A DNA stretch of 21,715 nucleotides from a virus (Duplodnaviria > Heunggongvirae > Uroviricota > Caudoviricetes): the IMG/VR virus record IMGVR_UViG_3300042402_004854, positions 64,001 to 85,715 of that record. One strand, written 5' to 3'. Below the pieces are notes generated by a model, which was not told where the DNA came from, searched no databases, and was given only the letters and a program-made list of their open reading frames with translations. The position numbers and the translations under genes were made by a program. The stretch's first letter is position 1. Each line of letters starts with the position of its first letter. Below, piece by piece: positions 14,940-21,715 of the stretch.

Positions 14940-15115
14940 TAGAAAAATGGTAATTTTGAGTTCTTGGTGGTTTCCAAGTTTTCTTTAATGAGTTCGTTGA
15001 TGTATGAACGTTCATTGTAACTCATGTTCATGATGTCATTGTATGATGCTCCGCCTCGCATGTACCAACTTTGTTTGATACAATTTTGCCTGATAGCATT
15101 GGCCTCTTGTTCCAT
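14939..15115 (-). CDS. gp51: Small gp51-like baseplate hub/tail assembly chaperone domain (58 aa from first ATG; frame open from 15184)
   Basis: Manually translated, below the ORF-track cutoff: MEQEANAIRQNCIKQSWYMRGGASYNDIMNMSYNERSYINELIKENLETTKNSKLPFF. Directly follows gp26; TAATG overlap with the next gene. Confidence 0.7.
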   Translation of the reverse strand: MEQEANAIRQNCIKQSWYMRGGASYNDIMNMSYNERSYINELIKENLETTKNSKLPFF

Positions 15116-15153
15116 TTGATCAATCAGCGCCTGTATTTCATCCGTGGCGGCGG

Positions 15154-15999
15154 TTAAGAGGCGAATTCGAAAAAACTGGCAGAATCAAGCACAATGTTTT
15201 GTTTGTATGCATGACTGCACTCAGGGCATGATAAATCCATGGCCTGAACATCTGTGGATTCTCTCAACTGGATGATATGATCTCTAAGAGAATTAAACAA
15301 GGTACGATCACAATTTTCCAGCCACTCATGAATGAAATCACGGTCAGTGACCAGGGCATCCGGGGTTTTGATGGCTGCAATAGAACGGCTCAATGCGTCA
15401 GTGGTGATTTGAGTTAGAGATATCAAAGTGTCTTGTAACAGTTTCATCTTGTCCGGCTCGGGCATGTCAGTAGAAGAATTCAACAAAACAATTGTACGCT
15501 GCTGTTCAAACTGTTTGATGTTTACTTGATTTTGTGCTTCAAAGTCAAGGGGTTGGAAATAAATTTCTAAATCTCCATTTCTAATAGGTGTTGCAAAATC
15601 AGGTTTGGACAAATTACCCAGCATGGTTCTCAAATCAGCACTGTAATCTTGTTCGTGACTGCAACTGGGGCATTTGCTGGCTACTTCAAGATCATGTCCG
15701 TTGCTGGCAATTCTAATAGAGATCAAAATAGCATTCAAATCAATATTTGGAATGTGCCAGGCATTTTTAATAGCTGGGATACAGCTTTGTACCACTGACA
15801 CCACAGCAGACCCATTGTACAGTGCGTCAGGGGTTCGATACGTGATTTCATCAATGGCAGTCATGGGATAAACTGGAATTTCTTGGTTTGGGGGCATTTC
15901 CAAACTACCTTCGGGCCAAAATTCGCCGTTGCTGGGCAGGCGCAAATAAATGGCAGGTTGTCTAAAAAATTGTTTTAGCGGGTTAGCAGAGTTGGTCAT
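15154..15999 (-). CDS. gp26: Baseplate hub assembly chaperone, T4 gp26-like
   Basis: NPLKQFFRQPAIYLRLPS, PMTAIDEI, IDLNAILISIRIAS.G, two CxxC pairs (CPSC, CPEC); divergent from the tape measure gene. Confidence 0.85.
   Translation of the reverse strand: MTNSANPLKQFFRQPAIYLRLPSNGEFWPEGSLEMPPNQEIPVYPMTAIDEITYRTPDALYNGSAVVSVVQSCIPAIKNAWHIPNIDLNAILISIRIASNGHDLEVASKCPSCSHEQDYSADLRTMLGNLSKPDFATPIRNGDLEIYFQPLDFEAQNQVNIKQFEQQRTIVLLNSSTDMPEPDKMKLLQDTLISLTQITTDALSRSIAAIKTPDALVTDRDFIHEWLENCDRTLFNSLRDHIIQLRESTDVQAMDLSCPECSHAYKQNIVLDSASFFEFAS
15169..15175 (-). other. Putative -1 ribosomal frameshift slippery site T TTT TTC at the end of gp26
   Basis: X XXY YYZ heptamer in the gp26 frame (codons F276-F277), inside the ~30-nt window where the -1 frame leading into the gp51-like ORF is open. 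Confidence 0.55.
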
Positions 16000-16004
16000 A
16001 AAAT

Positions 16005-16026
16005 ACCTATAAATATAGGTTACTTA
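16005..16026. promoter_or_regulatory. T4 late promoter TATAAATA (+, 16008-16015) inside palindrome ACCTATA-AA-TATAGGT; TAAGTA on - strand at 16021-16026
   Basis: Exact T4 late consensus in the 39-nt gap between divergent gp26 and tape measure genes. Confidence 0.65.
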
Positions 16027-16038
16027 TGGTGGGAACTC

Positions 16039-18471
16039 ATGGCTGATCAAGAATTACAACGCATGCAAGAGCTGCTGGCTCAAGTCAATCGCGAATACGA
16101 GCAATTCGGTCGTATCCTTCCTCAAACTCAACAACAACTAAATGCTGCAAAAACTGGTATCAAGAATTTTGATATGCAGTTGAATTTGGCCGGTAATGCC
16201 ATCACAGCCATAACTGGTGCAGCCACAGATTACGCCAAGGCCATGTACAACGGCGAGCGTGGCGCCAAAGCATTCAACAAAAGCATTGATGGCATGGCCA
16301 CTGCGGTTCAAGCAGCATCGGCTGCACTGGCATTGCTGGTGCCTGGCGGCGTACTAATCAAAGGAGTCATTGCTGGGCTTGGTTATCTAGCTGGCGAAGC
16401 CATGAAAGCAGGCAAGGTCATTGGCGAACAAGCTGACATGACCTTTAAAGCCTATCAAGATCTAGCAGCCAGCGGTGCTGCTGCCGGTGATGGCATGAAT
16501 GGTGTGTTTGAAGGCCTGCAGAAAATGGGCCTTGGAGTACAAGAAGCTGCTGGCTATGTGAGATTGTTCAATGAAAATGCTGAAACCATGGCACAGTTTG
16601 GTGGCACAGTGAGTCGTGGCAGAAAACAGTTTGAAAACACAGTTGAACAAATGAAACCGTTCCGCAAGGAACTTCAGGCATTGGGGTTGAATCAAGAAGC
16701 ACAGAACGAAGTTGCCATGGCATATGTTCGTATTCAAAATCGATTGAACATGTCCACTAGAGACAACACCAACATCACAGGGTCTGCAGCAGTGGCATTT
16801 GCTAAAGAAATGGATCAGCTGACCAAGGTCACTGGCATGAGCCGCAAGCAACAAGAAGATGTGTTGGAACGTGCCATGAGGCACCAGCGTTTTGCAGCCA
16901 CAGTAGATGAACTGGTGGCACAGGATCGAGTCAAAGAAGCCAAACAATTGCAGTTGGCGGTGCGCATGGCTGCTGCTGCCGGACAAGATCTTGGCGATGC
17001 TGCAATGGATCAGGCATCGGGATTGATGGACACTGTGGCAGCACAAAAAGGTTACATGAGCACACAGGGTGAGCTCAATAATTTTATAGAGCGCATCAAA
17101 GATGGGCAAATGAAAGACGCAGAGGCTGTGGCTCAGGGTTTTCAGGACATGACAGAGTCCATGAAAGATACTCGCAGCACCATGGTAGGATCTTATTTGC
17201 TGGGTGTGGGCGAAGAATTCATGTTGCAATACAGTACCATGACCAATGCCACCAAAATTGCCACCAACAAGTTTGTTGAACAATTTAACAATGCTGGCGA
17301 TGAAATAGAAGAACAAACTGGCAAAAATGGCAAAACACAAGAAGAGTTATTGGCTAATTACACTCGCATGATCATATCACAGCAAGAGACCATGTTGGCT
17401 GAACAAAAAACTGTGCAATTGGCAGTGGGTAACTTTGTGACACAGGCAGCTGATGCTGCTGAATCCACAGAAAAATTGGCCAAGGCTGCACTCAGAGCCG
17501 CAGAAAATCTAGCAAAACTTGGCCCGTCTCAAACCTATGCCACAGAAGGCAAAACTGCTGGCAAGTATGCTGGCGCATTGGCTGGCGGTATTGCTGGTGC
17601 CAAATTGGGCATGGCTGGCGGAACTGCAATAGCACCAGGTGTTGGCACTGCAATTGGTGGCGTGCTGGGCTTGGCAGGCGGCATGGCTGCTGGTTATTTT
17701 GGTGGTGGCAAACTTGGCGAGATTACCGGCGGAATGTTTGCCAAAGAACCTGCAGCAGGTGCTGCGCCAGCAGCTGGAACTACAGCACCCACGGCAAAGT
17801 CAGCAATGAGTCAATTAGACTTGAAAAAATTAGGACTCATAATAAAAGAAGGTGACGTACAACGTACAGGAGCAGAAATAAGTCCAAAATTGATTGAACT
17901 GGCTAAAAACATACAATCCATACCGGGATTTGCTTATTTTTCTGCAATGAATGACAAGTACCATCAAAATGATAAAAGCAGTAAACACCCACAAGGATTA
18001 GCTCTAGACTTTGTGTTGTCGCAATCGATCAAAGGGGATCGAAAAGCAGGAGAACAAATTATACAGCAACTCAAAAGCATGGGAGCGTCATATGTTCGAG
18101 ATGAATACAACTTTCCAAGTCCAGGAGCCACTGCCCCGCATATTCATGCTGAAGTTGCAATGGCCAAAGGTGGATTGGTAACACAACCCACTGTGGCCAT
18201 GGTAGGCGAACGAGGTCCTGAAGCAGTGATGCCATTGAGTAAAATGTTTGACAACTTTAAAGAAATGTCCAACAACACACAAGAATCTATCGAAGGACTG
18301 GGAAAAGAATTCAAAGATGCTGTGACTCAAAACATGTCTGAACTGACCAGACAGAACAACGACGCCTTGGCAGCTGGCTTTGAGGCAATGATCAATGAAA
18401 TTCGAAGTCTGGTCAGTGTCAACAAATCCGGAGTTGAAATACAAGAGAGATTACTTCGCCTGCAATCATAA
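16039..18471 (+). CDS. Tail tape measure protein with glycine-zipper segment and C-terminal M15/DD-peptidase-like domain
   Basis: 810 aa, long Ala/Gln-rich helical body, Gly-rich hydrophobic stretch (AGKYAGALAGGIAGAKLG...), SKHPQGLALDF (H650-x6-D657), PHIH (H703), and the common TMP motif GGLVTQPTVAMVGERGPEAVMPL. Confidence 0.75.
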   Translation: MADQELQRMQELLAQVNREYEQFGRILPQTQQQLNAAKTGIKNFDMQLNLAGNAITAITGAATDYAKAMYNGERGAKAFNKSIDGMATAVQAASAALALLVPGGVLIKGVIAGLGYLAGEAMKAGKVIGEQADMTFKAYQDLAASGAAAGDGMNGVFEGLQKMGLGVQEAAGYVRLFNENAETMAQFGGTVSRGRKQFENTVEQMKPFRKELQALGLNQEAQNEVAMAYVRIQNRLNMSTRDNTNITGSAAVAFAKEMDQLTKVTGMSRKQQEDVLERAMRHQRFAATVDELVAQDRVKEAKQLQLAVRMAAAAGQDLGDAAMDQASGLMDTVAAQKGYMSTQGELNNFIERIKDGQMKDAEAVAQGFQDMTESMKDTRSTMVGSYLLGVGEEFMLQYSTMTNATKIATNKFVEQFNNAGDEIEEQTGKNGKTQEELLANYTRMIISQQETMLAEQKTVQLAVGNFVTQAADAAESTEKLAKAALRAAENLAKLGPSQTYATEGKTAGKYAGALAGGIAGAKLGMAGGTAIAPGVGTAIGGVLGLAGGMAAGYFGGGKLGEITGGMFAKEPAAGAAPAAGTTAPTAKSAMSQLDLKKLGLIIKEGDVQRTGAEISPKLIELAKNIQSIPGFAYFSAMNDKYHQNDKSSKHPQGLALDFVLSQSIKGDRKAGEQIIQQLKSMGASYVRDEYNFPSPGATAPHIHAEVAMAKGGLVTQPTVAMVGERGPEAVMPLSKMFDNFKEMSNNTQESIEGLGKEFKDAVTQNMSELTRQNNDALAAGFEAMINEIRSLVSVNKSGVEIQERLLRLQS

Positions 18472-18476
18472 TCACG

Positions 18477-18484
18477 GTAAATAA
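18477..18484 (+). promoter_or_regulatory. Putative late promoter (GTAAATAA) for the portal gene
   Basis: TAAATA at 18478-18483, 7 nt before the ATG at 18491. Confidence 0.55.
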
Positions 18485-18490
18485 ACAACT

Positions 18491-20290
18491 ATGGCAGATC
18501 GCAATCAACAAGGCTGGCGCAAATACTTCAAAGTCGCAGACACCTCAGGTGTGATGAGCCCAATTTCGGGCAACAATCAGTATGGCCTTCCGGGCTACGG
18601 CAAAAACGATGGCACCAACGGCATGCCTGCAGATTTTATTTTTCGTAACTATGCCAGCCGACTGCCTGAAGTTTACTCAGGACACCCCAATCGTATTGAA
18701 CGCTACAATCAATATGAAAACATGGACATGGATTCAGAAATCAATGCATGCTTGGACATCATTGCTGAGTTTGCCACACAAATAAACGAAGACAACAGCA
18801 CGCCTTTTGAAGTGCAATACAACGACAAACCCACAGACAATGAAATCAGTATTCTGCGCAAACAACTGCAACAGTGGGTCAAACTCAACAAGTTAGATCA
18901 GCGTATTTTCAAACTGTTCCGCAACACCATCAAGTACGGCGATCAAGTGTTTGTGCGTGATCCAGAAACATTTGAAATGTACTGGGTAGACATGTCAAAA
19001 GTCATGCGAGTCATTGTGAACGAAAGCGAAGGCAAGAGACCTGAGCAGTATGTGATACGTGACATCAATCCCAATTTTCAAAATCTTTCTATAGCACAAA
19101 AAACCACCACAGACTACATGACCAATCCTGTGACTGGCACAATTTCAGGCTCGGTAAACTACACCATGCCCAACGGTGGCGTGGGCGGTGGCGTGGGCAA
19201 CTCAAGATTCATGACTGCCATGAACGAAATTTGCATCGACGCCAAGCACGTGGTACATGTCAGTTTGAACGAGGGCTTGGACGTTTTTTGGCCGTTTGGA
19301 CGCAGTATCTTGGAACAAATTTACAAAGTATTCAAGCAAAAAGAACTGCTGGAAGATGCTGTGCTGATCTATCGTGTGAGTCGTGCTCCAGAGCGCAGAA
19401 TTTTCAAAATTGACGTGGGCAACATGCCCAGCCATCTTGCCATGCAGTTTGTGGAACGTGTCAAAAACGAAATGCATCAGCGTAGAATCCCCACTGTCAG
19501 CGGTGGCGGCGCCAACATGATGGATGCGTCATACAATCCACTTTCAATCAACGAAGATTACTTTTTCCCTCAAGGAGTTGACGGCCGTGGAAGCTCAGTA
19601 GAAACACTTCCAGGCGGACAGAACCTGGGCGAAATTGATGATTTAAAGTACTTTAACAACAAAATGGCACGTGGCCTGCGTGTACCAAGCAGTTACTTGC
19701 CCACAGGTCCGGACGACTCAGATCGTGCCATGACTGATGGCAAAGTAGGTACAGCACTAATTCAAGAATACAGATTCAATCAATATTGCGAGCGACTACA
19801 AGGACACATTGCACAAAAGCTAGATGATGAATTCAAAATGTTTTTGAAATGGCGTGGATTCAACATTGACAGCAGCTTGTTCTCTATCAAGTTTGCCCCA
19901 CCACAAAATTTTGCCAGCTATCGACAGGCCGAACTTGACACCACAAGAATCACTGCTTTCTCCAGTCTTGAAGCATTGCCATACATGTCAAAGAGATTTA
20001 TGTTAGAGCGTTTCTTGGGATTAACACAAGACGAAATAAAACAAAATGAAGAATTGTGGCGCGAAGAACGAGACAAGCCAGAAGTTCAATCTAATTCCGG
20101 TCAAGATTTACGCAGCGTGGGAATAACTCCCAGCGGATTAGAATCAGACATCAACATGGCACAAGAAGTTGCGGGCATGGATCAAACTGGTGGAGCAGCT
20201 GGGCTAACTGGACCCGGCGCCAACACAGCAGCCAGCCCGGGCGGTGTACTACCTGCATCCGCTACCCCGCCAGCACCAGGTGCAGCATAA
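18491..20290 (+). CDS. gp20: Portal protein, T4 gp20-like
   Basis: YNQYENMDMDSEINACLDII, LLEDAVLIYRVSRAPERRIFKIDVGNMP, EDYFFP, VETLPGGQNLGEIDDLKYF, RVPSSYL are gp20 hallmarks. Confidence 0.95.
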   Translation: MADRNQQGWRKYFKVADTSGVMSPISGNNQYGLPGYGKNDGTNGMPADFIFRNYASRLPEVYSGHPNRIERYNQYENMDMDSEINACLDIIAEFATQINEDNSTPFEVQYNDKPTDNEISILRKQLQQWVKLNKLDQRIFKLFRNTIKYGDQVFVRDPETFEMYWVDMSKVMRVIVNESEGKRPEQYVIRDINPNFQNLSIAQKTTTDYMTNPVTGTISGSVNYTMPNGGVGGGVGNSRFMTAMNEICIDAKHVVHVSLNEGLDVFWPFGRSILEQIYKVFKQKELLEDAVLIYRVSRAPERRIFKIDVGNMPSHLAMQFVERVKNEMHQRRIPTVSGGGANMMDASYNPLSINEDYFFPQGVDGRGSSVETLPGGQNLGEIDDLKYFNNKMARGLRVPSSYLPTGPDDSDRAMTDGKVGTALIQEYRFNQYCERLQGHIAQKLDDEFKMFLKWRGFNIDSSLFSIKFAPPQNFASYRQAELDTTRITAFSSLEALPYMSKRFMLERFLGLTQDEIKQNEELWREERDKPEVQSNSGQDLRSVGITPSGLESDINMAQEVAGMDQTGGAAGLTGPGANTAASPGGVLPASATPPAPGAA

Positions 20291-20293
20291 ATA
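20286..20293 (+). promoter_or_regulatory. Putative late promoter (CATAAATA) overlapping the portal stop codon
   Basis: TAAATA at 20288-20293, 5 nt before the ATG at 20299. Confidence 0.45.
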
Positions 20294-20298
20294 ATAAC

Positions 20299-20532
20299 AT
20301 GTTGCTAACAGAATTTGCTGATTCAGAATTAATCAAAAAATCCCCGGATGCATACCAGGATCTTTCTGCTGACAACAGTCAGCTGACCTTGCAAGACATG
20401 CGCAAAACACGTCTTACACTGCGTCAGTTAAACAAACTTCGCAAAATGAATGACATTCGTGCTGTTGAGTATGAACAAAAATTAAAACTGGTACGTCAAC
20501 AATATGCACCAGTTATGGCACCAACGATGTAA
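20299..20532 (+). CDS. Small head morphogenesis protein (position of T4 gp67/gp68 prohead core)
   Basis: 77 aa, basic helical RKTRLTLRQLNKLRKM; lies between portal and protease. Function is by synteny only. Confidence 0.55.
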   Translation: MLLTEFADSELIKKSPDAYQDLSADNSQLTLQDMRKTRLTLRQLNKLRKMNDIRAVEYEQKLKLVRQQYAPVMAPTM

Positions 20533-20548
20533 TAAATTTTACATTTAT

Positions 20549-20602
20549 ACGTCTTTTTGCCACTTAAACCACGTCTTTTTGCCACTTAAACCACGTCTTT
20601 TT
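20549..20602 (+). repeat. Perfect intergenic tandem repeat, 22-bp unit ACGTCTTTTTGCCACTTAAACC x2 plus a 10-bp partial copy
   Basis: Units at 20549-20570 and 20571-20592, partial ACGTCTTTTT at 20593-20602; no spacers. Confidence 0.95.
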
Positions 20603-20611
20603 CTCCTACAG

Positions 20612-20619
20612 TGTAAATA
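20612..20619 (+). promoter_or_regulatory. Putative late promoter (TGTAAATA) with downstream AGGAG Shine-Dalgarno
   Basis: TAAATA at 20614-20619; AGGAG at 20638-20642; ATG at 20651. Confidence 0.55.
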
Positions 20620-20650
20620 ACAGCACACTTTACCTATAGGAGTTTCCCAT

Positions 20651-21466
20651 ATGAACAAATTTGAACAATTGATCGAATACGTGATCAATGATGAGGAGCA
20701 AAAAGCCAAAGAGCTTTTCCATGACATTGTTGTGGAAAAAAGCCGCCAAATCTATGAAAACATCATGGCCGAAGAAGCCGAAGAAGAACTAGACGAAGCC
20801 GCTGAACAAGAGCTAGACGAAGCTGAAGAAGAGCTTGACGAAGCTGAAGAAGAGCTTGACGAAGGCATGGGCGGCGATGCTGCTGACAGTTTGATTGACG
20901 AAGTGGAAATGGAAGAAGAATCTGACATGAACATGGAAGCTGAAGGCGACGAAGAAGGCGAAGAAGAATTTGAAATTGGTGTCAGTGACGAAGGCAGCAG
21001 CGAAGAGCCAGCTACCAAAGATGACATCATGAATTTAGAAGACAAACTGGACCAGTTGATGGCCGAATTTGAAGACCTCATGGGCGGTGACGACATGGGC
21101 AACGGCGATGATTTTGCTGCTGACGAAGGCGGCGATGCTATTGAAATGGATGACACCGACGAAATGGAACCAGGCATGATGGAAGCTGTGAGTCTTAAAG
21201 CAGCCCCAAAACCAGTTACAGCCGAAGGCGGTGATGGCAAAGCTGGACCTGTAGCGTTTAACAGTGGTGCAACTGGCATGGCCGGCAAACCAGTACACGC
21301 AACTGGTACAGAAGCCAAAGGTCGTCCAGCACCAAGCACAAAAGATCTCATAAGTGATTTTCAGAACAAAGCTGGAAGCAGTATGAAAGATCAAAAAGCC
21401 GCTAACAAGCCAGTGACAGCACAGGCCAGCGGAGTAAACACACGTACACCTTTCCCAAAAGGCTAA
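20651..21466 (+). CDS. Highly acidic prohead core/scaffolding-type protein
   Basis: MNKFEQLIEYVINDEEQKAKELFHDIVVEKSRQIYE, a very Glu/Asp-rich middle and a basic tail; immediately upstream of gp21. Confidence 0.6.
   Translation: MNKFEQLIEYVINDEEQKAKELFHDIVVEKSRQIYENIMAEEAEEELDEAAEQELDEAEEELDEAEEELDEGMGGDAADSLIDEVEMEEESDMNMEAEGDEEGEEEFEIGVSDEGSSEEPATKDDIMNLEDKLDQLMAEFEDLMGGDDMGNGDDFAADEGGDAIEMDDTDEMEPGMMEAVSLKAAPKPVTAEGGDGKAGPVAFNSGATGMAGKPVHATGTEAKGRPAPSTKDLISDFQNKAGSSMKDQKAANKPVTAQASGVNTRTPFPKG
20816..20864 (+). repeat. 21-bp coding tandem repeat GACGAAGCTGAAGAAGAGCTT (EEELDEA units)
   Basis: Two perfect copies at 20816-20857 plus a partial copy, with two degenerate units upstream. Confidence 0.9.
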
Positions 21467-21471
21467 CATAA

Positions 21472-21715
21472 ATGTCGAAATACCTAAGAGAAGATTTAAC
21501 TTTTAGCCAGGCCAATATCCAAGTCTTGGAAGAGGCTGATATGCATGGCAAAAAGAATCTCTACCTCAAAGGCATTTGCATTGAAGGCGACAAGCGCAAT
21601 GCAAATGAGCGTATCTACCCTAAACACGAAATTATCAAGGCAGTAGAAACCATCAACGAACAGATCCACAGCGGTAACTCCGTTTTAGGTGAAGTGGACC
21701 ATCCAGATGATCTAA
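21472..21715 (+). CDS. gp21: Prohead protease, T4 gp21-like (5' part, truncated at the window edge)
   Basis: Manually translated: MSKYLREDL...LYLKGICIEGDKRNANERIYPKHEIIKAV...LGEVDHPDDL. The NxNxRxY and GE.DHP motifs are diagnostic of gp21. Confidence 0.92.
   Translation, partial: MSKYLREDLTFSQANIQVLEEADMHGKKNLYLKGICIEGDKRNANERIYPKHEIIKAVETINEQIHSGNSVLGEVDHPDDL

Noticed and set aside
16462-17340. 292-aa antisense ORF inside the tape measure gene
   Set aside because: Typical antisense shadow from codon bias; Phe/His/Cys-rich and non-protein-like.
20549-20602. CRISPR or TIGR-like array
   Set aside because: The units are contiguous and identical, with no spacers or variable segments and no adjacent effector gene.
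20752-21351. 199-aa Ser-rich antisense ORF, and the 144-aa ORF at 21035-21469
   Set aside because: These are the reverse complement of the Glu/Asp-rich core gene (GAA/GAC read as TTC/GTC/TCx); an artefact.
1-21715. Stop-codon reassignment as seen in some large phages
   Set aside because: Core genes are intact under code 11, and TAA, TGA and TAG all end genes at plausible positions (e.g. TGA for gp46, TAG at 14005).
1-21715. Integrase, transposase, reverse transcriptase or Cas genes
   Set aside because: No such motifs were recognised in any ORF.

Overview
This window is a fragment of a large T4-like tailed myophage genome in the standard genetic code. No host or cellular housekeeping genes are visible. 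Left to right it holds: (i) a minus-strand baseplate block (gp48/54-like, gp53, and a hub-like gene that runs off the left edge and is missing from the ORF track); (ii) a plus-strand gp55 (late sigma)-gp47-gp46 (Mre11/Rad50-like) block interleaved with AT-rich accessory genes (SGNH-like, glycosyltransferase-like), followed by two radical SAM genes; (iii) a stand-alone SegE-like GIY-YIG nuclease followed by ~465 nt of non-coding, densely base-paired sequence that looks like an unclassified large structured RNA; (iv) a minus-strand run of gp26, gp51-like, DUF1415-like, ATE/Bpt-like GNAT and DUF6614-like genes, interrupted by one inverted gene; (v) plus-strand tape measure with a C-terminal M15-type peptidase motif, portal gp20, prohead core proteins and the start of prohead protease gp21. 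The strongest unexplained signals are the GIY-YIG/structured-RNA pair, a canonical -1 slippery heptamer that would fuse gp26 to the gp51-like ORF, a nested symmetric duplication around the gp46 zinc hook, and a phage-borne aminoacyl-transferase-like module. All family calls come from motif recognition by eye; no searches or folding programs were run.
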